NCBI RefSeq assembly: GCF_964204645.1
Contig: NC_134029.1
Coordinates: forward strand, 19,834,950 to 19,898,949
Reading direction: 5' to 3'
DNA from: Tubulanus polymorphus
Lineage: Eukaryota > Animalia > Nemertea
Length of the DNA: 64,000 nt
Shown here: positions 13,426 through 24,500 of the stretch, piece by piece
Numbering within the stretch: the stretch's first letter is position 1
How the letters are laid out: the number at the start of each line of letters is the position of its first letter
Translations under genes and position numbers: made by a program
The notes under the pieces: model-generated
The model's input: only the letters and a program-made list of their open reading frames with translations
The model's database searches: none
Told to the model about the DNA's origin: nothing

Positions 13426-14385
13426 ATGAACTACACTGGAACAACAGGCCGCTATGTAACAGCTTGGTATACGACTTTACTACAGGATACTCTACAATCC
13501 GTCGATTTTAAAGTGCGGTTCGTGCAGAAGTTCTTCGGACCAATAGTCGTCGCACTGGGCGTTGTTGGAAACCTCGCCAGTTTCTTGGTGATGACGAGCG
13601 AGAAATTCCGCGTGTTTTCCTACTCGCAGTACCTGGCCGCATTGAGCGTTTTCGACACTCTTACGCTATTACAATACCTCATACCTTTCGTTAATTTCTA
13701 CACGTATCCGCATTTAGTTATTGCAATTTCTACGAGTCTCGGTTGCCGAATCTACGAATACTTGAGCATCGTCAACGACGCCATTAGTTCATGGCTAGTA
13801 GTTGTAATAACGCTGGAACGCTTGGCGATAATTACGTGGCCATTTGCGGCTCGGAATATCGCCACCCCAGCGTTCTCCCGTTTGGTCATATTCTTCGTGG
13901 CTCTGGTCGGTTATATTTGTTACAGTTTCATCATAGTTGCCGTCAAGCACAACGGCAACACGTGCGTTATGTTAGAATTTTGGCAACGTATTTACTTCAA
14001 AGCAGCTTCGTACACCCTCGTGTACGGGCCGGCCATATTTCTCATCATGCTCAATACGACATTGATATTCATTCTTCGACGAAGTCAAACGTTTGGGCAA
14101 AATAAGAAAAAAACGGCCAATATGAAAAGAGCCACGGTAATGGTTCTCTCCGTTTCTATTCTATTCGTATTTTTTACGTTTCCGGGTGGTATTTTTACCG
14201 ATGTTGCTACGTCGTTCGGTTTTTCGCGGCAAGTTATCCTTGACGGATCTGCCATAACGGGTTTCCTCTACGGCATGAATTCCGCGATCAATTTCTACGT
14301 GTACTTGTTATCTGGAGGCGAAGTACGCCAGTTTGTTGCTGAGAAATTAAAAGCACTTTTTAGATGCGAGCGTCCACAGAAATAG
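13426..14385 (+). CDS. Intronless rhodopsin-family (class A) GPCR, peptide-receptor/chemoreceptor-like, 319 aa
   Basis: Seven hydrophobic segments; TM1 GN, TM2 LSVFD, Cys at top of TM3, ERL at the DRY position, TM7 NSAINFYVY. Confidence 0.9.
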   Translation: MNYTGTTGRYVTAWYTTLLQDTLQSVDFKVRFVQKFFGPIVVALGVVGNLASFLVMTSEKFRVFSYSQYLAALSVFDTLTLLQYLIPFVNFYTYPHLVIAISTSLGCRIYEYLSIVNDAISSWLVVVITLERLAIITWPFAARNIATPAFSRLVIFFVALVGYICYSFIIVAVKHNGNTCVMLEFWQRIYFKAASYTLVYGPAIFLIMLNTTLIFILRRSQTFGQNKKKTANMKRATVMVLSVSILFVFFTFPGGIFTDVATSFGFSRQVILDGSAITGFLYGMNSAINFYVYLLSGGEVRQFVAEKLKALFRCERPQK

Positions 14386-15067
14386 GTATTTGGTTTCATA
14401 ATTCATGAAGATTTTTTACGTTATTTGGTCTGGTACTCAATGAAACCGCTGACAAATTGACAACAAGACAACGGCTATCGATTAGCATTCGTTATCTAGC
14501 ATAGCTGATAAAGAATTAATCAAATGACAATGCCTTTTTTATTATGCTTTTGATCTAAGTAGGCACCTATCAGACATAAAAATACATGTATATAGAAGAT
14601 GTACAAAATATTCTTTTTTCATTGCAAAGTATTTCTTGAGGTTTCAATTAAAATCCAGGCCCTCCACTCGATTTGGCCATACAATATATTTTAGTTATTA
14701 GAGATCAAATTCAATTTTCATATTTCAGTTGGACACTTTTACTAAAATCATTTTTATATACTTATACTTACCGACTTGAACAATAATGTAAGCACAAACT
14801 ACATGTAGGCTTTGAGCACAGTGGCTGATGTTTGTTATAGTATTTCTGTATCTATTTTATCACGAATGGAAATTATGTTTCAAAATTGAAGTAAAATTTC
14901 GTTTCCACGATGAATCATGGATGAGTTAATATAGTTAGCTCTCATTTCATAGATGATCGGTCTTTCATATATTTGTATATTGCGTAAAATAAATTTGATA
15001 TAATGTCGACCTCTCGCGCAGGCATATTCTATAGGAAGCAATGATTTAATTTAGCAACATCATTCAA

Positions 15068-16018
15068 ATGAGGCCGTTTCATTCGAACAGCACGTCAGGC
15101 CGATATGAGCTGCCTTGGTACACGTCTATACTGCAAGACTCATCGCCGCTAGTCATTGCAGACGTGCGGTACGTACAGAAATGCCTCGGACCGCTTATTG
15201 TAGCCATCGGCATCATTGGCAACCTCGCCAGTTTCTTGGTGATGGTGAGCAAGAAATTCCGCGTGTTTTCCTACTCGCAGTACCTGGCCGCATTGAGCGT
15301 TTTCGACACTCTTACACTACTAGGATATGTCATACCGTTCGTTAATTTCTACACGTATCCAAAACCAGTTATCTCATTTTCTACGACCCTCGGTTGTCGT
15401 TTGTACGAATATATAAGCGTTGTCAGCGATGCAATAAGTTCGTGGCTGGTTGTAGCGATCACGTTTGAACGTTTTGCGATTGTCGTTTGGCCGTTTGCAG
15501 CTCGAAAGGTAGCCACACCCGCTTTCTCGCGATTAATAATCACTTTATTGGCACTCGTTGCTTATATTAGTTACAGTTTTATTCTGGTTATCGTCGAGCA
15601 CAACGGGAGGACCTGCGTTCTGCCGCGGTCTTGGGAACGTGTTTACTTCAAAACAGCTTCATACACTATCGTGTACGGGCCGGCAATATTGCTTATCGTC
15701 CTCAATACGGCTTTAATATACATTCTTAGAAGAAGTCAGTCGTTAGGGCTAAACAACAAGAAGGCCGCCAATATGAGAAAAACGACGGTTATGGTCGTCA
15801 CTGTTTCTATTCTATTCGTTTTATTTACGTTTCCTGGTCGTGTTTTTACTGATTTCGCTTGGACGTTAAGATTTTCCAAGTTCGTTATCATAAACGGGGC
15901 AGCAATCACAGGTCTTCTTTATGGCATGAATTCGGCCATTAACTTTTACGTGTATTTGCTATCTGGAGCTGAAGTACGTCAGTTTTCCCATAAAATATGT
16001 AAAAACATTTTCTCGTGA
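15068..16018 (+). CDS. Intronless class A GPCR, tandem paralog of 13426-14385, 316 aa
   Basis: Collinear with the upstream copy; GN, LSVFD, ERF, NSAINFYVY motifs. Confidence 0.9.
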   Translation: MRPFHSNSTSGRYELPWYTSILQDSSPLVIADVRYVQKCLGPLIVAIGIIGNLASFLVMVSKKFRVFSYSQYLAALSVFDTLTLLGYVIPFVNFYTYPKPVISFSTTLGCRLYEYISVVSDAISSWLVVAITFERFAIVVWPFAARKVATPAFSRLIITLLALVAYISYSFILVIVEHNGRTCVLPRSWERVYFKTASYTIVYGPAILLIVLNTALIYILRRSQSLGLNNKKAANMRKTTVMVVTVSILFVLFTFPGRVFTDFAWTLRFSKFVIINGAAITGLLYGMNSAINFYVYLLSGAEVRQFSHKICKNIFS

Positions 16019-16799
16019 CAATAAAATGGTATATCGATAATGTTGTAAAAGAATCCTTGAAATAGTTTGACTTCTTAACTGAAATGCGCTTAACATCGTA
16101 CTAATAAGCAGTGTATCCAGTGAATCAAAAAGATGACTTAAGCCCAGTAAATGCTTAAGCGCCTGGATCGAGTTAATATTCTCGATGAAAGATATTTTCT
16201 TTACTAAAACCACCGATTTGTAGCGCATTAGCCCAGTAACAATATGTGAACCATTCTCATAAAACTTAAAAGTCGAAATTTGATACTCCACTCAAAAAGC
16301 TTTTGATACAAGTTTTTAATATCGTAGGCCTGAATTTATCGATAAGGCAATTGAAGGAAACGGGAATCAATGTTGTTTAAACGGCTAGGGCTACAATTAC
16401 ATAGGCCGATAATAATCGGGCTGCACACGCCACAGCTATCATAGTTAACATTTGACTCTCAATTGCATGACAAATAACTTTCCATTATTTCTTAAGTTCT
16501 GTTCTTATATTACAAATTGCTATGCATTTCCACTCGACGAAAGTCTGCGCAGGAAGTTAGCGATGTTGAAACACCAGACGAAAGGTTCACAACATTTCGA
16601 ATGGGAGACGTATTTTTGGATGGTGATTGAACTCTTGATGATAAAATATACGGTGATTTCTCACTATCTTCTATTGTTGCAAGAACGGTACTTTGATTGG
16701 ATATCCTAAGTCCGTAGGCGTGTCGTCCGGATGACTAAGAGGCAGGCTATCTTCATGGTGTGACGGAATGAAGAAACAAAGCAATAAACAATGATATCA

Positions 16800-17090
16800 T
16801 AATGATATTATACCATCATTAACCTCATCATCACCATGATTCTGCCTCCCTAGTATCATAGCATCCTGGGAAGGCAATCAGAGGTTGCGCGGTCTTGTGC
16901 TGCCACTCTGAAAGAGGTCAGGTGTAGTTTGGGTCTTCAGTTAACCATGGTGCCGGCTTCTCAGGTCGGCCTCAGTTGCTTTAAGAGGTTGAAGCGGTCG
17001 GTGTCTAACCCGGCGGGCTTGGTACTTGGAGCTTCCGATGATGGCAAACTCCATGGCTTTTGGACTGGATTTCTTGTGTTCATCCGGATA
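16800..17090 (-). mobile_element. Degenerate 3' end of an RTE-like LINE
   Basis: GC-richer patch; the minus strand yields frameshifted fragments such as LFRVAAQDRAT resembling the RTE ORF C-terminus, followed by a (tga)n-like tail. Recognition from memory only. Confidence 0.35.
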
Positions 17091-17556
17091 TGATACATAT
17101 AAAATGTATTGATATCAATCCTGATTAGCTTCGCGAAATAAAACCCAACAAATTCATATCGAGCGCGTATTCATTGTTCCTTTAAAAAATAAACTACCCG
17201 GTATGCGTGCGTACTGATATTCACTAAACAACTATTTAGTTAGGCATCTATTGGCCAGTTAAACACGCGAAAAAGAAATCGAAGTGAAATATCGACATCA
17301 TACGTGACTGTTTGAACGAAATTGCCAGTATCAACTGTTTTGACGATTGCAGCGAATCGCTTGATGTCAAAATGCAACATTATACCTTGAAACGCGCGCA
17401 AGTTTCGTCATAAATTATTCACACGTTAGATCTGACAAAAACTTTCGCATTCGCCTTCATTAATCATGACGACTTATATCGTGTACGGTACGTCTGCGCT
17501 AACCGCTCTTTCACAATCCTCAATCGATTAGTCCTTTTCAGATATCATCTATTGTT

Positions 17557-18681
17557 ATGAATTCATATTTTTTTCTCAAATTTTCAGTGATTGGTGCTCT
17601 ATTTTTCGTAATTCAACATCCTCGTGACGTGGATTGCTATGAACTCGAAGGACTGTGGCCGTTGACGGAATCTTCGCAGGGAAGAGACATTTCTGGCAAT
17701 GGAAACAATGGAACGTTGTCGAAAACCGCCGTTTATTCTGACAATGTACCGTGGAAAACGGTTCGCGGTGTCGTCCAGGTATTAGCCAAAGAAAATTCGT
17801 ACATCAATATTCGGGCGAAAACTAACTTCGGGAGTTACAGCGCATTCGTGTTGATGTTCTTTCTAAATCCGTTCAACGTCCAAGGCGTTGTCTTCCGATT
17901 CGGCTGCTCTCGCTCGATAGTTGGCGGCATTGATATAAAACTGGTGAGCGAAAGATTACAAATCAGACTTTACAACGAGTCGAACGACGTCGTTTACGAC
18001 CACCACATGGACACAAAGCTTCCAGGAAAAACGTGGACTCTGGTAACGATTCGGTATTCGTGCGTTGATTCGCGGGTATACGTTTTTTTCAATGGAACCC
18101 CTGTTTTAATCAGCCAAACTGATGCATGCCACACTCTCAAAACGATCAATATCGGCGATATCTGTCTGGGTACCTTGATGAATTCGGGCAACTATTACAT
18201 GCTGAATGGTGCCTATTATTGTGTACGTCTTTACCGCGGCGAAATGAACGACACCGTTTTGCAACTAGTGCACGATGACTTAGAGTGTCGGATTCATGTA
18301 AACAATCCGATAGGTAAGTTAAGTAAATACGGTAAGCAACAATTCCATCTTGGAAATATTTAGACCCGTCTCTCGTAGGGTAGGGAAACATCGAAGACTT
18401 AACATTAAACATAACTTAACATTAATAATGTCATATTGTACTTATACTACAAAATATATACCACAAAATATACTACAAAACCATACCATTCGCGCACAAG
18501 GGTTTTTTTATACCAAATATTTCCTCATTGCTTCACTAAAAATGAAACTAGGGAAGTTGAATGAACCGAAGCGAGAATCGAATTGCATAGGCCTTGTATA
18601 CTGCTTAAGGTAGGTATGAATTTTGAATGATAATATTGTTGTTTAGATGTATTTGCATGCCCACCACAGTTCTCGAAAGAG
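17557..18681 (+). CDS. Secreted laminin G / concanavalin A-like lectin domain protein; 3' exons unresolved
   Basis: Signal peptide; LWPLTESSQGRDISGNGNNGTL and WTLVTIRY...VYVFFNG typical of LamG3/pentraxin-like folds. Exon 17557-18313 (G|gtaagt) and a phase-compatible small exon 18647-18681 (DVFACPPQFSKE). Confidence 0.75.
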
Positions 18682-19857
18682 GTACGTATACATTTTTGAT
18701 AATAAATAGGTCAAGGTATTCTGACCATTACTTTTTTTCTGGGAGAATATTCATCGCAATGCGCCGGGAATGGAAAATTCTTATGTCATCATTTAAGAGA
18801 AGATGTTTCAGGACCTCAAAGATGCACGTACGATTGGCCAAGGTGATTGCTTACATGACATTTTTTATTGAACGTGGAGTACGGATCCATCGCCCAGAAT
18901 TCCACCAAAACGTTTAATATATTATTTTTAGTCCTCCGTCGTATTTTCATCATAATTTTTGTCGATATTTCCGTATCGATTTTCGAGCAAGGAGTAAGTT
19001 TTTTCTTCGTTTCTGCCATCGTTTCGATAAATTCAATTCAATACGATCTTCGCGATTTTTTTCCGCCATCCTTCTAAGATTTATGTGAAAGATACTCGAA
19101 GGATGACAACATTAACTTTTGTTTCCCCCTGTTGCATTCTGTTTCAAAGATCGGTTATATGAATTCATTTTTCATGTTCCTTTCCATTTTAAAACGTCCG
19201 TGATAGGAAAGAAAGTTATTTTTCGATTTTTCCGCTTTTTATTTTTCCCATCGCCCTTTCGTGAAAAAATCGGGACACCAAGCAATTAGAAAATGGCGCT
19301 AACCATTGAGATATTTGATCGTATAATTTGACAGCTACGTAAGACGAAATGAATATTTCAATATTTACATCGGCGATGGGGCCATTTAGTTAGACATTCT
19401 ACTACGCAATCCACAGTCGATGATAGATTAATATTTGCATTTCATGAAAAAAACATCACGCATTTTGTAGAAATATCGGTAATCGTTGTGACATCATGTC
19501 CGCTACATTTGAATGAAGGATACTAATTCTGAATGTCTCTGTTTGGGCTTCCCTTTGCTGTTTGATTTGTACACGTGGTATTCGGAGTGTGTTTCGCTAT
19601 CAAATAACTTTCACATTAACAGTGTTTGCCCAATAATCGGAAAACACACCTCAACGTCCTATTTTCAATGCAAACAGTTCAAAATCCATTAGTTTTTGTC
19701 GACTATTTTTTCGATGTAGATTTCAATATTGTCCAACACTGCTTGATTGAATATTTTCTCTTCAATAATTTCGCACAAAACATTCAGATACACTTACTGA
19801 CAGGTATGTAAGTTAGCTCTAACTTGTTATCTTCAGAATATAGACGTTTCTTACATA

Positions 19858-21285
19858 CATTAGATTATCAATTTCGCCATCTGTCGGAATAACAAAGTCT
19901 CACCGCCGAACGAACTGATTTTCATAGCTTGCGACATTCTGGGAACGATATTGAATACTTAAGAGTTCAAAGGACCAGAAATATATTGGTCAGCACCATC
20001 CCTTAACCCCAACGCAGACACAGGGAAAGGCGGAAACACTGAATCAAACATGCTTGACTTCGGAAACATTTTTTACAGAAATAACGTTTCTTGTTTATCG
20101 TAAATGCACATGACGAGGGAAACGCTCGGAAACACGTTTCTGTCCTGTTTCCGTGCGTCGTGTGCGATGGTCTCTATCACGATACTTATATATCTTAGAT
20201 AGGAACCCCTTGACATCACCAATTTCTATGGGAACATCAATTACATACCATTTCTTTGGTTATTTGTTAACGCAGCGGCACTAACGGAGGCAATCATTTT
20301 TTCAAGATGTGCCCGGGGATGCTGCCTCTATTGGTAAGCATGTTCTCTGGCAATCGAGGTGATAAGTCTAAATTATCCTCCGATATACACCATCGAGCAC
20401 GACAGATTTATACATATTTTCGCACCTTATCTCGACCAGCGATTGAGGCAATTTTTTCCTACGCCGAACGTAATTGGTGTCCACGGAGACGCCGGGCTTT
20501 CGTTTTATGGCATAAACGCAGTAAGCTCCAGACAACTCGTATTCACATAACACTTGAGGACTATATAGTTTATCACGCGCATCATTGATTGTTTATCGAT
20601 TATCGACGGCTCTCATCCGAACACATGTAATTGAAAAACCATCGCCCAAGCTACATGCTTTGTCGTACCACATTTCCCATGGATTAAATTCAAATCTCTT
20701 ATAGAATATCGTTATTTCGGAATCGATTTTCTTAAGTCTCTGGATGGAACCGGGCCAAGATTCATGAAATACATTCTATTTTGTTTAGGCTATACAACGC
20801 GATTTTGATTTCACTGGGCCTTCATTCTGCATTTAAGATTTAACGTTGAAGTATTTTCCGAATATTTGATTCAATTCAGATTTTCTAAATCATTTGAATA
20901 AGAAATAAAAATTACTTTAATCTGATTCGAATTCAAAATACTGGGCCAATGCAGTACGGAAGTCAAAAGCGGTCTTAAATCTTGAGCTTAGCATTACGTA
21001 AGTTCTTGCATTGGGCAACATAAAAAAGATTGTCTTAATCTCGGTTTTAACTCAAAGCCATGACTCTGAACTGGTCTCTGTGCTCTGATGGATTTAAGGT
21101 GGCAGTCGTCGGTGAAGTCGTCTGCGGACAAGAAAGGAAGAACTCGTCCGCCGCTAACAAACTTAATTTCCCAATTCACGAACCGCGTAATTGAATTATC
21201 AATCAACCCACTCGAGTTTGAATAGGTTATTTATCTACCGCTCACCGACGAGGAGTGGTTTACCAGATTCATTCGCTATATTCAT
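19858..21285 (-). CDS. Putative small-exon gene, unknown product, 3' end unresolved
   Basis: Chain of phase-compatible GT-AG exons: 21285-21246, 21121-20998, 20884-20845, 20739-20669, 20458-20426, 20280-20249, and 19880 onward. No family recognised. Confidence 0.35.
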
Positions 21286-21534
21286 CCGATGCTGGATTCG
21301 AATTCTCACGAGACGCGTGCACCGCGGTATTCCTGCTACTACATTCTCCCAAGCGTGCTATCCGTCGCTTGAGCGCCGTCAGCTGCGGCGGAAGAGTTCC
21401 GTTGACGCTCATGAAAACATCTTTACTTAAATTTCTAAAAAGCGCATATCGCTAATTGATCTATTGACATTCGTTTCCGGGTCGCCGGCAGTTCTGGCCG
21501 TGTTTTGTCGTGCATGTCGCGTAAGCATTCCCTA

Positions 21535-24500
21535 ATGGACGGCAAAATGTTTTTCCGCGCTGAACTGATCGCGTGTGCGATGGTAATTTTGCACCGGGGA
21601 TTAGCTTTGAGCATCGAAGGTAAGTTTTTCCAAGTATTCATGTATGATCATCTCATTCTTATAAATCTATTCATTCATTTGTTTATTCTAGGAATAAAAT
21701 AAGTTTATTGGTAAGCTATGTTGATATGTTGCTTCATTTGAAAACGTCCCCTTCAAAATATTTAGGAAAAAATCATAGGCCTATATCAAGATATCGTAGT
21801 GGCAAGGGCCCATCTTTAATGTAGTCAGTATTGTTTTGTGTAACATCTTCGTAAACACATTATTTCCCGTAGAGTATTCACATCACGTTCGTGACAACGA
21901 AACCTAGGCAGAATCCCTCCCGAGATCGGCGTAAACAGACGTATATAATAAATCGATTTACTGGATTAGCTGTGGTGAACCGTTTCGTTCCCCGGGGCGG
22001 ATGAGACACTTTGAAACGAAAATTCAATTTTCGGACGATCATGCATAGCCTGGGTTCATGAAAATGCCTCAGACGTTAGAATCAATGCTATACCAAACTC
22101 GATATACATATCGACATTCAGCTATCGGTAATCAGTGTATAGTAACCCGATCAACAGCGACGGTTTGAGGAAATTTTAATCAATCGATTCTCATTAATCC
22201 GAAACGATAAATGCTCGACACACGACTAATCTTTACAAATTAGTTGCTGTATGCATTGACCTCGAGACTCGGCACGGAGTGGAATTGGTTGTCTGGTATC
22301 GCAAATATTCCCTGGCTTAGAACGCGCTTCATCGTGAACATTGAGGAGCTCTATATCAACCAGTGGTTCAGAATATCAGCCTTCAAAATTCGAAATCTGT
22401 GGCTGATTATCCGCATTTGAGGTAGAATTAACATTAGACAACACCTCCTACAGAATTCGCGTGTCTCTGACAAAAAAACGATTGGGAAAGAGCTAGCTTT
22501 AAAGAGAAAACAAGGAAAACATTGACCCAAGTGTCGGAGCTCAGTTCTTACATGATTAGTCATGTGAAATGGCATCCATTGATAGGGCTTTTTTACGATT
22601 TTTCCCAAGTACCTGGATTTCTTATATTTGTCACTGCTACTTTCTACGTCATAGCGTGATATGAAATTTACATCGACGAAATTAGCATTGTCTTTGCACC
22701 TGATGCCACGGTTCTGCAACATAGACCGGTATAAACCAGTAACAACATTTAAAACCAATAACGATGGAGTGTGACCGCCGTGTGCGATGCTGTGATTGAT
22801 GTTGCCAGAATTTAATTGGATATGATATCATCGCACTGAAGCAGCTCGCCAGAAGCCTTACGCCAGTAACGTTAAGATTAGCGAACTGAAATTTGAATTA
22901 ATAACGGCGAATTCACGAGCTCCATTTTTGTCCGGCGATAAGACCGAGCTTGAATTTCTAAATACATTTTCCCCATTCCAACATTTATTTGCATTGGTTG
23001 TTAATGCTAATGCGGGTAAATGTAATGTAATGAGATCAAGCTCTTCGACGTGCACAACACCACTAATTACGACGACTGCATTACGAATCGTGGATTCCCG
23101 GAGCGACGAAAAAGCTTCAGGAAACTCTACACGTGGATTTATCTTTGACATTTCAAGACATTTCACTCGCATATTCAATTTCGAAATAATCCGGCAGGAA
23201 TGTCAAGGTCATGACGAGTCGATGAATTTTTCATAACGGGACCCAAAGAAACAGCTATCCAAAATGTCGGTTAACTAATTGCTGTTATAAACATTGATGA
23301 AACACTATAATGTCCGTATTGTGACGATATATTGAGAATCCCACATTAATATAACGAAAGATGAAGTCCGACAATAATTCATTGATTCGACATTTCGACT
23401 AAAACCAAATAGTCATCTTCGGGAATAGTATAACCTAATAGTCATGCTCATTCCCGATGATGACTATTAGGAAACTTTTCGGACTTCATCTTTCTCGTTG
23501 GGTGTGGGATTCTCTATATAAATGCTATTGCCATGTTCACCGAAAACCCCAGAGCCTGGTTTTGTAGACCGGTATTACCTTTAACCCGGGGGCCAACTAA
23601 ATTGGAAATGAATTCAGTTAGCCCTCGGGTTAAAAGTAATCCCAGTCTGTAAAACCGGTCCCAGATGATTCTACGAGATGAAAACCTGTTATAACCTCGA
23701 AAAGGAATTGCTCAGACTGTATACGCGGCCGTATGTAGATTTTATTCAAGTTGTCGGCCCATTAATCGCAGATTCAGCCGAGCAAAATATAAACCGGTCG
23801 ATCAAATGTTTGGCGGATAGATAAGCAAGGTTTTTGTCGTCGAGCTTCGTTGATTGATCGGCAACTTGCAAAAAAGAGATGTCTACGTGAATCAGTGTCA
23901 GAATGCCTGATTCGAGATACTATACGTATACCTAATACAAAGAACGCGGTCTTATATAGCAATATTTACACCGATGTTCTTCCCTGGAGAATTCGGGAGC
24001 TTTAACGTACTAGACAAAATGGCCATCGACGCAGTTTTATCGAGCGTATCTTTTACGCAATGTCTAAGTAAAAGGGTAACTCCGGTTTCGGTTAGCACCT
24101 GTTTTAACCCAGACTGGTAGGGGCGGATTTAGGGTGATCTCGGTCGGGGCTCCTGGTCCCGCTTTCCCATTGAAGTCACCCTATTCGTTGTCAAGACAAG
24201 GATTGTTTAACCTGCAAATTTGACACCCATCCTTTTGGATATTGCATCCCCTTGGGTGTACATATTTCTTCAAAATATCTTATTCCGAGGGAGGGACTCC
24301 GGTGGCCTATGCCATGGCTGCTCTTTCCGAAAAAATGATGACTTTTCTTTTCTTCTGGACCCCTTCCAAATTTCCAGAGCGGCTTCTAGGGGAATTCTAG
24401 TTATAGCTCACTCCCATACGTGTCGCATACGCGCTTTGCGATCTCCACCGCGATAAAATGTAATTAATTCAAATGAGAGAAAAACCGCACAATATTATCG

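Noticed and set aside
22351-23236. ORFs of 102-135 aa inside nAChR intron 1
   Set aside because: Non-ATG starts, no motifs, and no phase-consistent splice chain found.
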